Part shown: piece by piece, positions 39,801 to 48,900 of the stretch
How the letters are laid out: each line of letters starts with the position of its first letter
Position numbering within the stretch: the stretch's first letter is position 1
From: Pirellulales bacterium
GTDB taxonomy: Bacteria; Planctomycetota; Planctomycetia; Pirellulales; Pirellulaceae
Reading direction: 5' to 3'
Assembly: GCA_046349875.1 (NCBI GenBank)
Contig: JAXMBN010000022.1
Location: 34,274 to 98,273 of the forward strand
Length of the DNA: 64,000 nucleotides
Notes under the pieces: model-generated
The model's input: only the letters and a program-made list of their open reading frames with translations
The model's database searches: none
Told to the model about the DNA's origin: nothing
Program-made: the position numbers and the translations under genes

Positions 39801-40226
39801 GCCACTGTCAGCGATGGTGCTGTCCTATGGAATATGAATACCCAAAGCTCCAAAAAGTTTTTGAAAGCTGAACAACCCCAAGTTGATGAGGTTGCATTCT
39901 CTCGCGACGACAAATACTTGTTCGCCGCCTATCGGAATGGACAGGTCGGCATTTGGAACATCGCCACCCAAACTTCAGAGCGAACCATGTTTTGTCATGG
40001 AGACCAGATCTCAGGACTATTGGTGTCGCCCGATGGAAATCGCATTCTCACATCGTCGATCTCTGATGCTACGTTGCGAGTGTGGGATTGGCAAAATGGT
40101 CAGAAGGTCGCAGAATTCGACAGCGGGCTTCCTGGGATCACCGATCTCCAATGGTTCGACGATCCGTTTGGCCTTCTTATGGGAGGCAAGAATGGAACGA
40201 TTCACCTCTTGCGACTCGGCCCTTGA
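36861..40226 (+). CDS. Serine/threonine protein kinase with C-terminal WD40 / beta-propeller repeats (1121 aa).
   Basis: Kinase motifs GEGGFGVVYMA, AIK, HRDLKPSNLL, DFGIAK, SPEQ. TM segment. Multiple WD-like repeats (LWD, IWD). Confidence 0.85.
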   Translation: MTLNFEDVRHWFLNARQIDPSTRDAWLHAQCTDPMIRAEVCELLAFDRDDVFLEKAVVSPPTSWNESTMDYTASENVESQTFADRYKLLQSIGEGGFGVVYMADQLKPVRRRVAIKLLRLHADSKSVVARFESERQALAMMDHPNIAKVYDGGVTEEGVPYFVMELVNGIPITAFCDANQLSNADRMKLLITVCHAVQHAHQKGVIHRDLKPSNLLVSMLDGSPIPKVIDFGIAKALHGPLTDKTLFTSFQQMIGTPEYMSPEQAETSIVDADTRSDVYSLGVIAYELLTGTTPFDGHSLRKLGLAEIQRTIREVDPPKPSDRFSTLGDQAVEVAKNRGVPQIHQHRAIQGDLDWIVMKAMEKDRNRRYDSAHALADDLVRWLQNEPIEARPPSVFYRTSKFLRRNHRSAFVGLAIAFGIVLSSIGLGYGLSERNASLLRQSESAFRASQLELTAQAEAERVASLQYGNAMVAANESFLNGRRSTARALLEECPKSKRGIEWHWLDYLATDHSLVLSSASRNRGQRVLCGSPTSNHLYSGGQDGVIHQWDIALGKEIRSWLASDHPIALLAIDHESKHLLSASSQGEIAIWDPDTTHKQAVTTLETLPKAASFMKTDDLSDPLAFQVAIGDNEGKIWLWNHRSKDPPRRLHADESLFHGDIQTLEFLDRGNQLLAAGKGGVHLLNTADGTVLASFGQDWIRYGAFSLGDATRFVQFGHTVSTLNLKEMKTERAFEVPSVGLQGAVINAQKTSLVIATEDQSLRMLDLASGKQQTIAYNQDAPFVQLTIAGNGESIAATLEDGSLHLWTYDRLVSPESCNAFEGAIASLARKDRHSIYALSDQGEWLLWNRDKNTKELFGQAHAIQGFSIAMSPLRDCLVSNGLDQQMQLWSTETHQKKQSLDLALGARYLAFHPNKPWVVGPMPKHLADVASSGLDLQLASQANLAVWNIHNGKVEQCLRGLTNWAMKLRFSSTGDQLAAATVSDGAVLWNMNTQSSKKFLKAEQPQVDEVAFSRDDKYLFAAYRNGQVGIWNIATQTSERTMFCHGDQISGLLVSPDGNRILTSSISDATLRVWDWQNGQKVAEFDSGLPGITDLQWFDDPFGLLMGGKNGTIHLLRLGP

Positions 40227-40289
40227 AGCCCATGCGATCTATTCAATCCAATAGGAACTGATAACAAACGCCATGCAATCCCGCAAACT

Positions 40290-40631
40290 CTAAGTAGGCT
40301 TGTCTTCCACCAATAGACGAAGGCGATCCAATCGAGCATCCCACTGGGCCGAGATGCGGTCGAGAAACTCGGTAACTTCAGCCAACTTTGCATGCTCAAT
40401 TTGCCAAAGCCGATCGCGACCGACGCGAAGGCTCCGAACAATGCCGGCTCCCTCAAGAATCTGCAGGTGCTTCGTAATAGCCTGTCGCGTTATCTTCTTT
40501 TCGACTTGCAAACATTTGGTCGACAAAGGCCCTTCATAACTGAGTCTCGTGACGAGACCCAATCGCAAGGGATCCCCCAGCGCAGCAAAAGCAGGTGCTG
40601 CCTTTTTGAGTGCCGTCAATCGCGTTTTCAT
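40290..40631 (-). CDS. ArsR/SmtB family transcriptional regulator.
   Basis: ALGDPLRLGLVTRLSYEGPLSTKCLQ...ITRQAITKHLQILEGAGIV, a winged-helix HTH. Confidence 0.8.
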   Translation of the reverse strand: MKTRLTALKKAAPAFAALGDPLRLGLVTRLSYEGPLSTKCLQVEKKITRQAITKHLQILEGAGIVRSLRVGRDRLWQIEHAKLAEVTEFLDRISAQWDARLDRLRLLVEDKPT

Positions 40632-41141
40632 TCCTGCTCCTTCATCGATGTTGAAGGAGCAAAGTGAAGAACATACTTTTCAATGAGACGAATTTGATGC
40701 GACCAGCCTCCATCATTGGCAGTGAATGCTTGATGACGGCGACTCGCGGGGATTTGATCGAATCCTGATTCGGTGATGGTCAACTGCACTCCGTTAACGA
40801 CTTCCATGAGTTCGAATTCAACCAATGTCATCGGTTCGGAACTGTAGTCGTGATTCGGATCGATCGCAAACGGATGCCAGCGAAAGGAGAATCTTCGCAT
40901 CGGCTCGATCGCATCCACGACGATATGAAATGGCTTTCCGGCATGAGGTTCCTGAAGTTTCGCCACATCAGGATCCACTTGCGTCGGTGTTACGCGACCT
41001 TGCATCGGAGTGTTGGGGACGAACGGACCATCGAACTGCACGCCGAACCATGCCAAAACACGTGGAATCGCTGATGGCATTCCAAACGCGTTCCAGGTTC
41101 GCTTTCAACACGATTCGCTTTTCGATTTTGTCCGTATTCAT
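40628..41141 (-). pseudogene. SRPBCC (AHSA1-like) family protein, frameshifted at about 41055-41060.
   Basis: N-terminus MNTDKIEKRIVLKANLERVWNAISDST in ORF 40968..41243. The rest AWFGVQFDGPF... in ORF 40628..41080. The shift sits at a TTTT/AAAA run. Overlaps the ArsR gene start by 4 nt (typical ArsR-SRPBCC operon). Confidence 0.65.
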
Positions 41142-41269
41142 TTTTGGCTTCAGTCCCGATTCGATTCCGATGGTTCGATGCATCCCATCCAGGAGCAACT
41201 TATTGGTTGCTCCTAGGATACCAGACCTCAGCACGCCACGCAACCATTTTGTTGCTTCTCAAGAATCTC

Positions 41270-41902
41270 TTACAAGTCGGACTCTCTATTTGTTGGTTGG
41301 ATTGGACTGAGTGCTTGATCGATGCCTACCAATGCGTACCACAGCGATTGGATGGCGTAGACAAGAGTAGCGGCATGAACCTGTAGTTCTCCCCGATGCG
41401 CGATCAGTACACCCAAGCAAACGAAGCTGCCGGTGAGCCCCGTTATCGCGACGATTCGAAACGACATTCGCGATGGTAAACGAACCCAACTACTGCTCCA
41501 AAGGAACATGCCCACGGAAACGCCAACCGCGCCGATCACTGCGGCCGACTGGTTGAACGTCCAACAGAGAGTGGTCAATTCCTGAAGGGATTCGCCCTCC
41601 AATTTTTCCATCAAAGAAGGAGTCACAAATCCGTTGATCATGCCTGCGAATCCATTGGCCAAACTCGCAGTCACCAGACTGGTGATCCCCATGAGGTTTC
41701 GAAAATCGCTCAGTCCTTGCACTAAGGCTATTCGAACCAAACACGTTGTCATCACCCAAATCAATCCGATCAGGATCCCATGAACGATTCCGATCATCGG
41801 CCCATCATTGAAGCGTTGAGGATGATGCTGCATAATCACAATAGAAAAGACGCTTGCGGTGAATAGGGTGATTCCTGCGGTACGGTGGCGATACATTGTC
41901 AT
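41270..41902 (-). CDS. Hypothetical membrane protein (about 6 TM).
   Basis: Hydrophobic ORF. Internal Met MTMYRH (start about 41902) is the likely start. Divergent from the TetR gene. Confidence 0.5.
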   Translation of the reverse strand: MTMYRHRTAGITLFTASVFSIVIMQHHPQRFNDGPMIGIVHGILIGLIWVMTTCLVRIALVQGLSDFRNLMGITSLVTASLANGFAGMINGFVTPSLMEKLEGESLQELTTLCWTFNQSAAVIGAVGVSVGMFLWSSSWVRLPSRMSFRIVAITGLTGSFVCLGVLIAHRGELQVHAATLVYAIQSLWYALVGIDQALSPIQPTNRESDL

Positions 41903-42041
41903 GGTCGAAGCCTTTGCTATTCTGAAAAGGCTCGACATCCTAAAGCGAAGTTGCGGTCGCTGTATCACTTGCTTGAACGTATTCGCCGAGATCGGACACA
42001 ATTCATTTTTTGTCGGAAATTTGCTCGAAGGCCTTGCATCG

Positions 42042-42581
42042 ATGCGATCGCTTGGAAAGTCCTATCAAACCATTCTCGCGGCGATCGATGACCTATTGGT
42101 ATTCGGGCGAGAACCTTCGCTTCGCGTTTCGGACATCGTTCATCGCGCCGATATTGGACGATCGACTTTCTATGAGTACTTTGCCAACGTCGATGAAGCC
42201 TTCGCTACTTCCGTTGGCAGACCGCTCGGCATCCTCGCCGAATCAAGCCTAGGTCTGCGGACAATGGAGGAGTTGGTTGGGTTGGTTGACCATTTCTCCC
42301 TGCATCGGGCTCGTGCTCAAGAACTTTGGAAAACGGAAGACTTCCGACGAGCGGCCATACCATTGCTTGCAAGACTGTACTTCGAGCTACTTACCGAACA
42401 AGTTCCTTCCGAAGCGATGCGGCAACCTCTGTCCCAGCATCTTGCCATCGCCAATCTTGGGATACTCTTCCAATGGCTTTCGTCTGAGTTTACCGACAGA
42501 GACAGTCTGGCAACGCTATTGCGCGATCATACGGTATCCGCGATCGACCTCTTTTTGAATTCGAGCCCGACTGGGTCCTAG
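42042..42581 (+). CDS. TetR/AcrR family transcriptional regulator.
   Basis: HTH SYQTILAAIDDLLVFGREPSLRVSDIVHRADIGRSTFYEYF. ATG at 42042. The ORF track start at 41859 includes non-coding lead. Confidence 0.75.
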   Translation: MRSLGKSYQTILAAIDDLLVFGREPSLRVSDIVHRADIGRSTFYEYFANVDEAFATSVGRPLGILAESSLGLRTMEELVGLVDHFSLHRARAQELWKTEDFRRAAIPLLARLYFELLTEQVPSEAMRQPLSQHLAIANLGILFQWLSSEFTDRDSLATLLRDHTVSAIDLFLNSSPTGS

Positions 42582-42748
42582 ACATCAACAGGACGCGGCG
42601 TTGTTCCAGCGAATATCCGACGATATTCTCTGCCGCGGAACGCATCGCGCAAGCAATTTTCTCGTTTTTCTCGACGATCCGCACGTACGAAAAAATTTCT
42701 GACAGAATAGTTCTTCAGCTGTGTTAATCCCAATAGGAGGCCCTTTCC

Positions 42749-43348
42749 TTGAACGAATATCCCGATACCCATGACAGCTTGCTAGCGCAAGTCCGCGATC
42801 CCGCCAATCGGGACGCCTGGGATCGGTTCATCGAGCTCTATCATCCCGTGATTCTTCGGACCGCGCTCGCCAAAGGCTTTCAAGAAGCGGATGCGCACGA
42901 TCTCGCGCAACAGGTACTGATGGCGGTCGCCAAGGCGATTGGAAATTGGGAAAAACAATCTCCCTCGTCCCGGTTCCGACATTGGCTGAGCCGAGTCACG
43001 CGAAATGCCATCTTGAATGCGATGATGCGTCGCCCACACGACCGAGCCACCGGAGGAACTTCGGTGGAAAATCTGCTCGATGAAGTGGTCGATCGCGATG
43101 GAGAAACTACATCGCTACTCGAAAGCGAGTATCGACGGGAGCTGTATCTTCGAGGTGCGGAAATCGTCAAAAACGAATTTCGGATCGAGACGTGGCAAGC
43201 CTTTGAACGTTCGGTTTCGGGCGAGGAATCCATTGAGGCCATTGCATCATCCCTTGGGAAGAGCGTTGGAGCCATCTACACAGCTCGCAGTCGCGTCATG
43301 TATCGCTTACGTGAAGTGATTGCAAACTTGGAAGGAGATTGGAAGTGA
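42749..43348 (+). CDS. ECF-type RNA polymerase sigma factor.
   Basis: Sigma region 2 (DRFIELYHPVILRTALAKG) and region 4 (EAIASSLGKSVGAIYTARSR). Overlaps the next kinase gene by 10 nt. Confidence 0.75.
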   Translation: MNEYPDTHDSLLAQVRDPANRDAWDRFIELYHPVILRTALAKGFQEADAHDLAQQVLMAVAKAIGNWEKQSPSSRFRHWLSRVTRNAILNAMMRRPHDRATGGTSVENLLDEVVDRDGETTSLLESEYRRELYLRGAEIVKNEFRIETWQAFERSVSGEESIEAIASSLGKSVGAIYTARSRVMYRLREVIANLEGDWK

Positions 43349-46300
43349 TACCTACAAAAGACTGTTGCTCGTCCGACAAGATATTATTGCTCCTTCGCAA
43401 TCAATTGAGCGCTCAAGAGGAGATCGACCTGCAGCAGCATTTGTGCGAATGTGATGCTTGCCGAAAATGTCTCGAGGAATCGGCAGCGGATGCCAACCAG
43501 TGGAACGAAGCGAAGCACTTCTTGGGACGCCATTCGACAATCGAGTTCGCGGACGAGTCCAACGATTCATCGCAGGAGCCAGTCGATCATGACTGGCAAA
43601 TACGTCAAGTCTTAGAGACCTTGGGACCAACGGACGATCCCGATTCGTTGGGGCGTCTCGGGGGATATGAAATTACGGGAGTCGTCGGCGCTGGAGGCAT
43701 GGGAGTTGTCTTGAAGGCTCACGAGCGAGCCCTCGATCGAGTGGTGGCCATCAAGGTTATGGCTCCTCATTTAGCCAATCATGGTTCGGCTCGCAAACGC
43801 TTTGCTCGCGAGGCCAAGGCGGCCGCTGCGGTGATCCATCCCAATGTCATTGCGATCCATGGCGTCGTGAATGAAGGGCCGCTTCCTTATCTGGTGATGC
43901 CCTATGTCAGTGGCATGTCTTTGCAGCGTCGAATCGATCAAGAAGGACCGTTGCCCGTCGTCGATCTCTTGCGAGCCTCCAGCCAGATTGCTGCGGGATT
44001 AGCTGCCGCGCATGCGCAGGGCTTGGTTCACCGCGATATCAAGCCTGCGAACATTCTTCTCGATCAAGGTGTGGAACGCCTTTCGATCACCGATTTTGGA
44101 CTGGCTAGAACCGTCGATGATGCCTCCATGACCCGAACCGGTGTGATCGCAGGAACACCGCAATACATGTCCCCGGAACAAGCTCGCGGGGCACTGATCG
44201 ATCATCGTAGTGATCTCTTCAGTCTCGGCAGCGTGCTCTACACACTTTGCACGGGGCGAGCCCCCTTTCGCGCCGAGTCGAGTTACGGTGTCTTGCGTCG
44301 AATCATCGATGATACTCCCCGGCCCATTCAGGAAATCAATCCGGACATCCCTGATTGGCTTTGCCGCATCATTGAGAAACTAATGCACAAACGCCCCGAC
44401 GAGCGATACCAATCAGCGGCCGAAGTGTCCAACATTCTCGCCGATTGCCTGGCCCATTTGCAGCAACCCACCACCATTCCTTTACCGTCCGCCGTTCTCA
44501 AGCTGGCACCACGCATCCATCGCCTCCCTCCCGTTCGTGCCATGGCCCTGGCCGCAGCAATGTGCTTCTTTCTTTTTCTAGCGGGAATCCTCATCTACAT
44601 TGAAACCAATCAAGGCACATTGCGTATTGAATCGCAGGCCGACAACGTACCGATACGTATTGTTCAAGGCAATCAAACCGTCAAACAGTTGACGCTCAAC
44701 AAATCCGGCACTCAGGTTCGCTTACAAGCGGGCGAATATACGATTGAGTTCGAAGGGCAAAGCGATGGACTGCTAGTAGATCGTAATCACGTTACTCTGA
44801 AACGTGGCATGGAAAGCTTTGCAAACGTCGAGCTCATTCCGAAACCACGTCCTTCCTCCGCTGAAAATGTTTACCAAGACCTCGACACAACGAAACCTGG
44901 CGAAATCGATCCAACCTATTCGAATCCTTTATCTTCGACTTCCGATTCTAAATCAGATCTCCAACAAGCCCGACGGGCGCTTGAAAAATGCATAGAGAAT
45001 TTGAAATGGAGCGAGCGGTTTACGATACGATCGGTAAGGCGAGAATCAGGCACACTCCTTCAATTTCCGATTGCTCTCGAGCTCATCAAACGCGATGGCG
45101 ATCGAATGATCCTCGAAACGTATGCGAAAGATCACCATAGTTTTGCTTTAGACACGGGCGATTCCTTTATTAGAGGAAAGTCTGACATTGGAAATGAAAT
45201 TCTCGAAGGATCGATCACCAAACGGAAACGGCTAGAGTCTCGCTGGAGTCTGTTTGAAAATTCGAGCCTTGCTCTGTATGGATATGCAGTTGGTAATCAA
45301 GGAAGAACGGTAATGCAGATCCTAATTGATGCACCTCTATGGAACGTTGCCCGTGAAAAAATAAAAGATATTGATTGTTTCCGGATTTCAACAAAAGACG
45401 AATGGGGGGAAACGACTGTTTGGATCGAAACAAGTGGTTCGCACCTACTTCGTCAATGGACGTCGCAAAAGGGAATTGGAGACAAATTTGGTAGTAGTCG
45501 ATTTGGCGAACATCCATTCACTCGGAATCAAGAGCGATTGAACTCTACCGTAACGGATCTCATCTATACAACCATTAACTCTCAGCCAGTGGCCAATCAG
45601 GGTAGATTGGTTCAAAACAGGGTTCTCGGATTCAATCCACCAGAAACACCCATTCAGACGACTATCGAATATTATCGAATCGAAATCAATCTTACGCCAG
45701 ACTTCACCGCGTCCGATCCGTTCGCGCCTCCATTCTCTCAAGGTGCTCAAATCAATGATCGCGATCGTTCCGCCACCGGATTCACACATGCTTGGCAGGA
45801 TGGAAGACTCTTGCCTATTCCCAATTCCCAGCAATCACGAACCTCCAATGATCAAACGACTGCAAAAGACGCTGCGCAACTGAATGGCGTAGGACTGCAA
45901 ATCGAAACAGTTGCTCGAAATTATGTGAAAGCCGCTGAAGACAGCAACGATGCATTGATGCTTTCCATTCATCAAGATGCCGAGGTCAACAAAACGTTTT
46001 CTAATAAGATGAAAACCATTCGAAGTCACGGCCTGAACCAAATATTTTTTGATGAACAATCAGCCCTGGTTATTTATGGTCCGATCGAACCCTTAGCCCC
46101 TCAGTCAGCCTCCACACCAAGCCAGGAAGCGTTTCCTGAGTCCAATTTCATTCTTTTCCATATGGCTCAGAAAGAGAAACAATGGTTGGTCGTTGGCCTC
46201 AACTACGCAACCAGTCGGGAAACCTCCCAACAGCGTCAGCAATTCAGCAAGTTGCACCCCCAAGCGACCGCATGGCGCAAGCCACTCAAACGTCCGCCGT

Positions 46301-47001
46301 CTAACCCACTCTCGACGCAAGAGTACTCCGTTCCAACGGTTACGGTAAAGGATACGGATCCTTTCACGGGCGTTTGGAGTGTCGAAAAAATCGTCTCCGG
46401 AGGCCGAGCAGTTCCGAAAGAAGTTGCTCCCATCGAGTTTCAATTCATGAACCATCGGAAGCAGATGCGGATGATTCACCTCCATCGTGCGGCTCCCGAT
46501 GACTTTACATACGAAGTCGACATGAACAAGACACCCTATTGGCTGACCTTGCGATCAACCAATCCTCAGAAAAGCCAAGACGTTTTGGCTGTGTTTGATG
46601 TGTCCGATGGAGACGTTCGCATCTATTCGCTCCGAGATGAGAATGGCAATCCTTCGTCAAAGCGTCCAGAATCGATCGGTGCGGGCGACCCCAATGCGGA
46701 TCTCATCGTCCTACGCCACAAAACCTGGGACATCGGCATTCGAAAGGTCTATCCCCTTGGGAATGCAAATTCCACAGTCACCCCAAATCGTCCCAACGAG
46801 CTAGAGACTTCGAAAAATCCACTCGATGCATCGGCCATCATCAAAGAAATCGATGAGCATTGCGGCCCTAGCTATGCAATTCATTTTGATCCCATCAGCA
46901 ATAGCTTAATCGTCGATCATGACGCGAGCGGTCACGAAAAGATTGTCAACTTCCTTGCGAAGCGATTTCCCAAACTTAATCCTTCAGATGATTCAAGGTA
47001 G
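43339..47001 (+). CDS. Serine/threonine protein kinase with an N-terminal zf-HC2 anti-sigma-like zinc finger and a long C-terminal extracytoplasmic region (1220 aa).
   Basis: N-terminus LCECDACRKC (CxxC...CxxC). Kinase GAGGMGVVLKA, AIK, HRDIKPANILLD, DFGLAR, SPEQ. One TM (MALAAAMCFFLFLAGILIYI). Confidence 0.85.
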   Translation: MEVIPTKDCCSSDKILLLLRNQLSAQEEIDLQQHLCECDACRKCLEESAADANQWNEAKHFLGRHSTIEFADESNDSSQEPVDHDWQIRQVLETLGPTDDPDSLGRLGGYEITGVVGAGGMGVVLKAHERALDRVVAIKVMAPHLANHGSARKRFAREAKAAAAVIHPNVIAIHGVVNEGPLPYLVMPYVSGMSLQRRIDQEGPLPVVDLLRASSQIAAGLAAAHAQGLVHRDIKPANILLDQGVERLSITDFGLARTVDDASMTRTGVIAGTPQYMSPEQARGALIDHRSDLFSLGSVLYTLCTGRAPFRAESSYGVLRRIIDDTPRPIQEINPDIPDWLCRIIEKLMHKRPDERYQSAAEVSNILADCLAHLQQPTTIPLPSAVLKLAPRIHRLPPVRAMALAAAMCFFLFLAGILIYIETNQGTLRIESQADNVPIRIVQGNQTVKQLTLNKSGTQVRLQAGEYTIEFEGQSDGLLVDRNHVTLKRGMESFANVELIPKPRPSSAENVYQDLDTTKPGEIDPTYSNPLSSTSDSKSDLQQARRALEKCIENLKWSERFTIRSVRRESGTLLQFPIALELIKRDGDRMILETYAKDHHSFALDTGDSFIRGKSDIGNEILEGSITKRKRLESRWSLFENSSLALYGYAVGNQGRTVMQILIDAPLWNVAREKIKDIDCFRISTKDEWGETTVWIETSGSHLLRQWTSQKGIGDKFGSSRFGEHPFTRNQERLNSTVTDLIYTTINSQPVANQGRLVQNRVLGFNPPETPIQTTIEYYRIEINLTPDFTASDPFAPPFSQGAQINDRDRSATGFTHAWQDGRLLPIPNSQQSRTSNDQTTAKDAAQLNGVGLQIETVARNYVKAAEDSNDALMLSIHQDAEVNKTFSNKMKTIRSHGLNQIFFDEQSALVIYGPIEPLAPQSASTPSQEAFPESNFILFHMAQKEKQWLVVGLNYATSRETSQQRQQFSKLHPQATAWRKPLKRPPSNPLSTQEYSVPTVTVKDTDPFTGVWSVEKIVSGGRAVPKEVAPIEFQFMNHRKQMRMIHLHRAAPDDFTYEVDMNKTPYWLTLRSTNPQKSQDVLAVFDVSDGDVRIYSLRDENGNPSSKRPESIGAGDPNADLIVLRHKTWDIGIRKVYPLGNANSTVTPNRPNELETSKNPLDASAIIKEIDEHCGPSYAIHFDPISNSLIVDHDASGHEKIVNFLAKRFPKLNPSDDSR

Positions 47002-47051
47002 AGGATAAGTATTGAAGATTTCTTTTGGACAAGCTTTTGCTTGGTGCATTC

Positions 47052-48536
47052 TCAATCTTTGGTGGCGGAATCCCGAATCCGCACGCGAGCATCAAGCCAA
47101 GCGGATAGGACCTTGAGAGCTTCTGGAGAAAAAGTCTCTTCGATCTCACCATACTCACTCACCAAGCCCGTTTTGGCGGTTTGAAATAAATGATTGAGCA
47201 TGGGCAGCGACTTGATAGTCACATCCTTGGACGAGCTTTTCGAAAGAGCTTTTTCGATCTGAGGGTGATTCTGTTCCGGAGGAACTTGTAAGTCCTTTTC
47301 ACCTGTAAGCACAAGTACTGGGCAGCTTAACTGCGCTAATGATTCGCGTGGATCCAGGGTGATGAAATATCGAAACCAGGGGATCGCCACCGCCGCGGAA
47401 TGTTGATTTGCGAACTCCTCTGCGGTTTGGGCAGGACGCGAGTCCTTCTTTTCGAGTTCTTCATATTCCTTGAGCAACAGTTCTTTCGCAGCTTTTCGCG
47501 CTGCAACCGCATCGGGCTGGTTCCGAATCACCTTATAGATTTCTCGCTGAATCCGCTTGTTGTTCTCTATCTCCTGCTCTCCGGCTCCGCTTGCCCGCGC
47601 GATCTTCTCGGCCTGATACAAGATCAACTCATCGCCAGGAACGCCCGGGCCTGCCAGGAGTACAACCCAAGCTACATCCTGATCGGCAGCTGCGACACTT
47701 GCTGCGATGATGGCCCCTTCACTATGTCCAACGAGCCCGATTCTCTTGGCATCGATATCGTTCCGCGAACGGAGGTAGTGAAGACTACACTCGACATCAG
47801 TAACAAAATCCTGTGTCGTATCATCCGTTGGATTGCCATCAACACCTGTCCCACCCACGCCGCGATCATCGACCCGAAGTACGGCAATTCCAGCCTTGGT
47901 GAGGTGATCGGCGAGAACAGCAAATGGCCTGTGTTCAAAGATCGTTTCATCGCGGTCTTGGGCCCCGGATCCTGTGATCAAGATTGCGGCCGGGTAGCGT
48001 CCCTCTTCCTTGGGCAAGGTAAGGGTACCCGCCATCTGAAAATCGGCAGAGTGATGACGAAAGGTCACTTCTTCTACGCGATAAGGAAATGGTGCCCGAG
48101 GTGTCTGCGGACGATTTCGCTCAACCGATCCCGCAGAACGATCGAGATCGAGCTTGAATTTCTGTCCGCTCTGCATCCATTGTCCGTCGATTCGCTTCTT
48201 GGTCGATTCCATTGTCCCTTCATAGGTTGCATTCATTTTCTTAGAGCCAATGGTGATTTTGTTTCCGGCAATCACTATTTGGTCCAACGGAATGCCTTTG
48301 GCTCCTTGGTCTGGACTATCGAGCTTAACGGCCAGATTTCCGTCGGTACTCTGAATGTGAAACACGAGTCGCAGACGCACGGCCCCTACGTTCAGTGACC
48401 CGACCCATGACCCCAAGAAATCGCCTTGAACCGCCTTCGAATCGTCATTGGTTGGTTGTTGCTGACCATGGACCAATGGACTCCCCATGACCAGCACGAG
48501 AATCAAACAAGAAATAAGAGAACTCTTAGACATCAT
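47052..48536 (-). CDS. Secreted alpha/beta-hydrolase (S9/dienelactone-hydrolase-like) family protein.
   Basis: Signal peptide. GxSxG nucleophile elbow in IGLVGHSEGAII. Size and fold-consistent blocks. Confidence 0.65.
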   Translation of the reverse strand: MMSKSSLISCLILVLVMGSPLVHGQQQPTNDDSKAVQGDFLGSWVGSLNVGAVRLRLVFHIQSTDGNLAVKLDSPDQGAKGIPLDQIVIAGNKITIGSKKMNATYEGTMESTKKRIDGQWMQSGQKFKLDLDRSAGSVERNRPQTPRAPFPYRVEEVTFRHHSADFQMAGTLTLPKEEGRYPAAILITGSGAQDRDETIFEHRPFAVLADHLTKAGIAVLRVDDRGVGGTGVDGNPTDDTTQDFVTDVECSLHYLRSRNDIDAKRIGLVGHSEGAIIAASVAAADQDVAWVVLLAGPGVPGDELILYQAEKIARASGAGEQEIENNKRIQREIYKVIRNQPDAVAARKAAKELLLKEYEELEKKDSRPAQTAEEFANQHSAAVAIPWFRYFITLDPRESLAQLSCPVLVLTGEKDLQVPPEQNHPQIEKALSKSSSKDVTIKSLPMLNHLFQTAKTGLVSEYGEIEETFSPEALKVLSAWLDARVRIRDSATKD

Positions 48537-48900
48537 GGCAACTCCGGTGGCAGGCGATCGACGGTTCTCTAACTTAATACCAAGAACTGCATCTCAAGAT
48601 ATGCCTATCATGATCGTGCTACTACACCTTGAACACGATGGAAGAGCACTTTTCAATGGAATATGGAATGAGACGTTTCTTGATGCTGAACGATCTTGCT
48701 CATTCGGAAATAGATTCTTCATTGCCGGTTATTGTGGAAAACCGTGGTATACTGTTCCCATCGCCAATTCTTCAGCGATGCAGCCGCTTTATCCTCATGC
48801 AACCCATCGGAAATCCTAAAACGCCGCGATAGGAAGAAGTGAACCGAAGCGACTCTTATTCCCCGGCAGATTCATCGTCACTGCAATCTCATCCTAAGCC

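Noticed and set aside
47028-47046. A small hairpin (CAAGC-TTTT-GCTTG) between the convergent kinase and hydrolase genes as a bidirectional terminator.
   Set aside because: Only a 5-bp stem and no flanking U or A run. Too weak to call.
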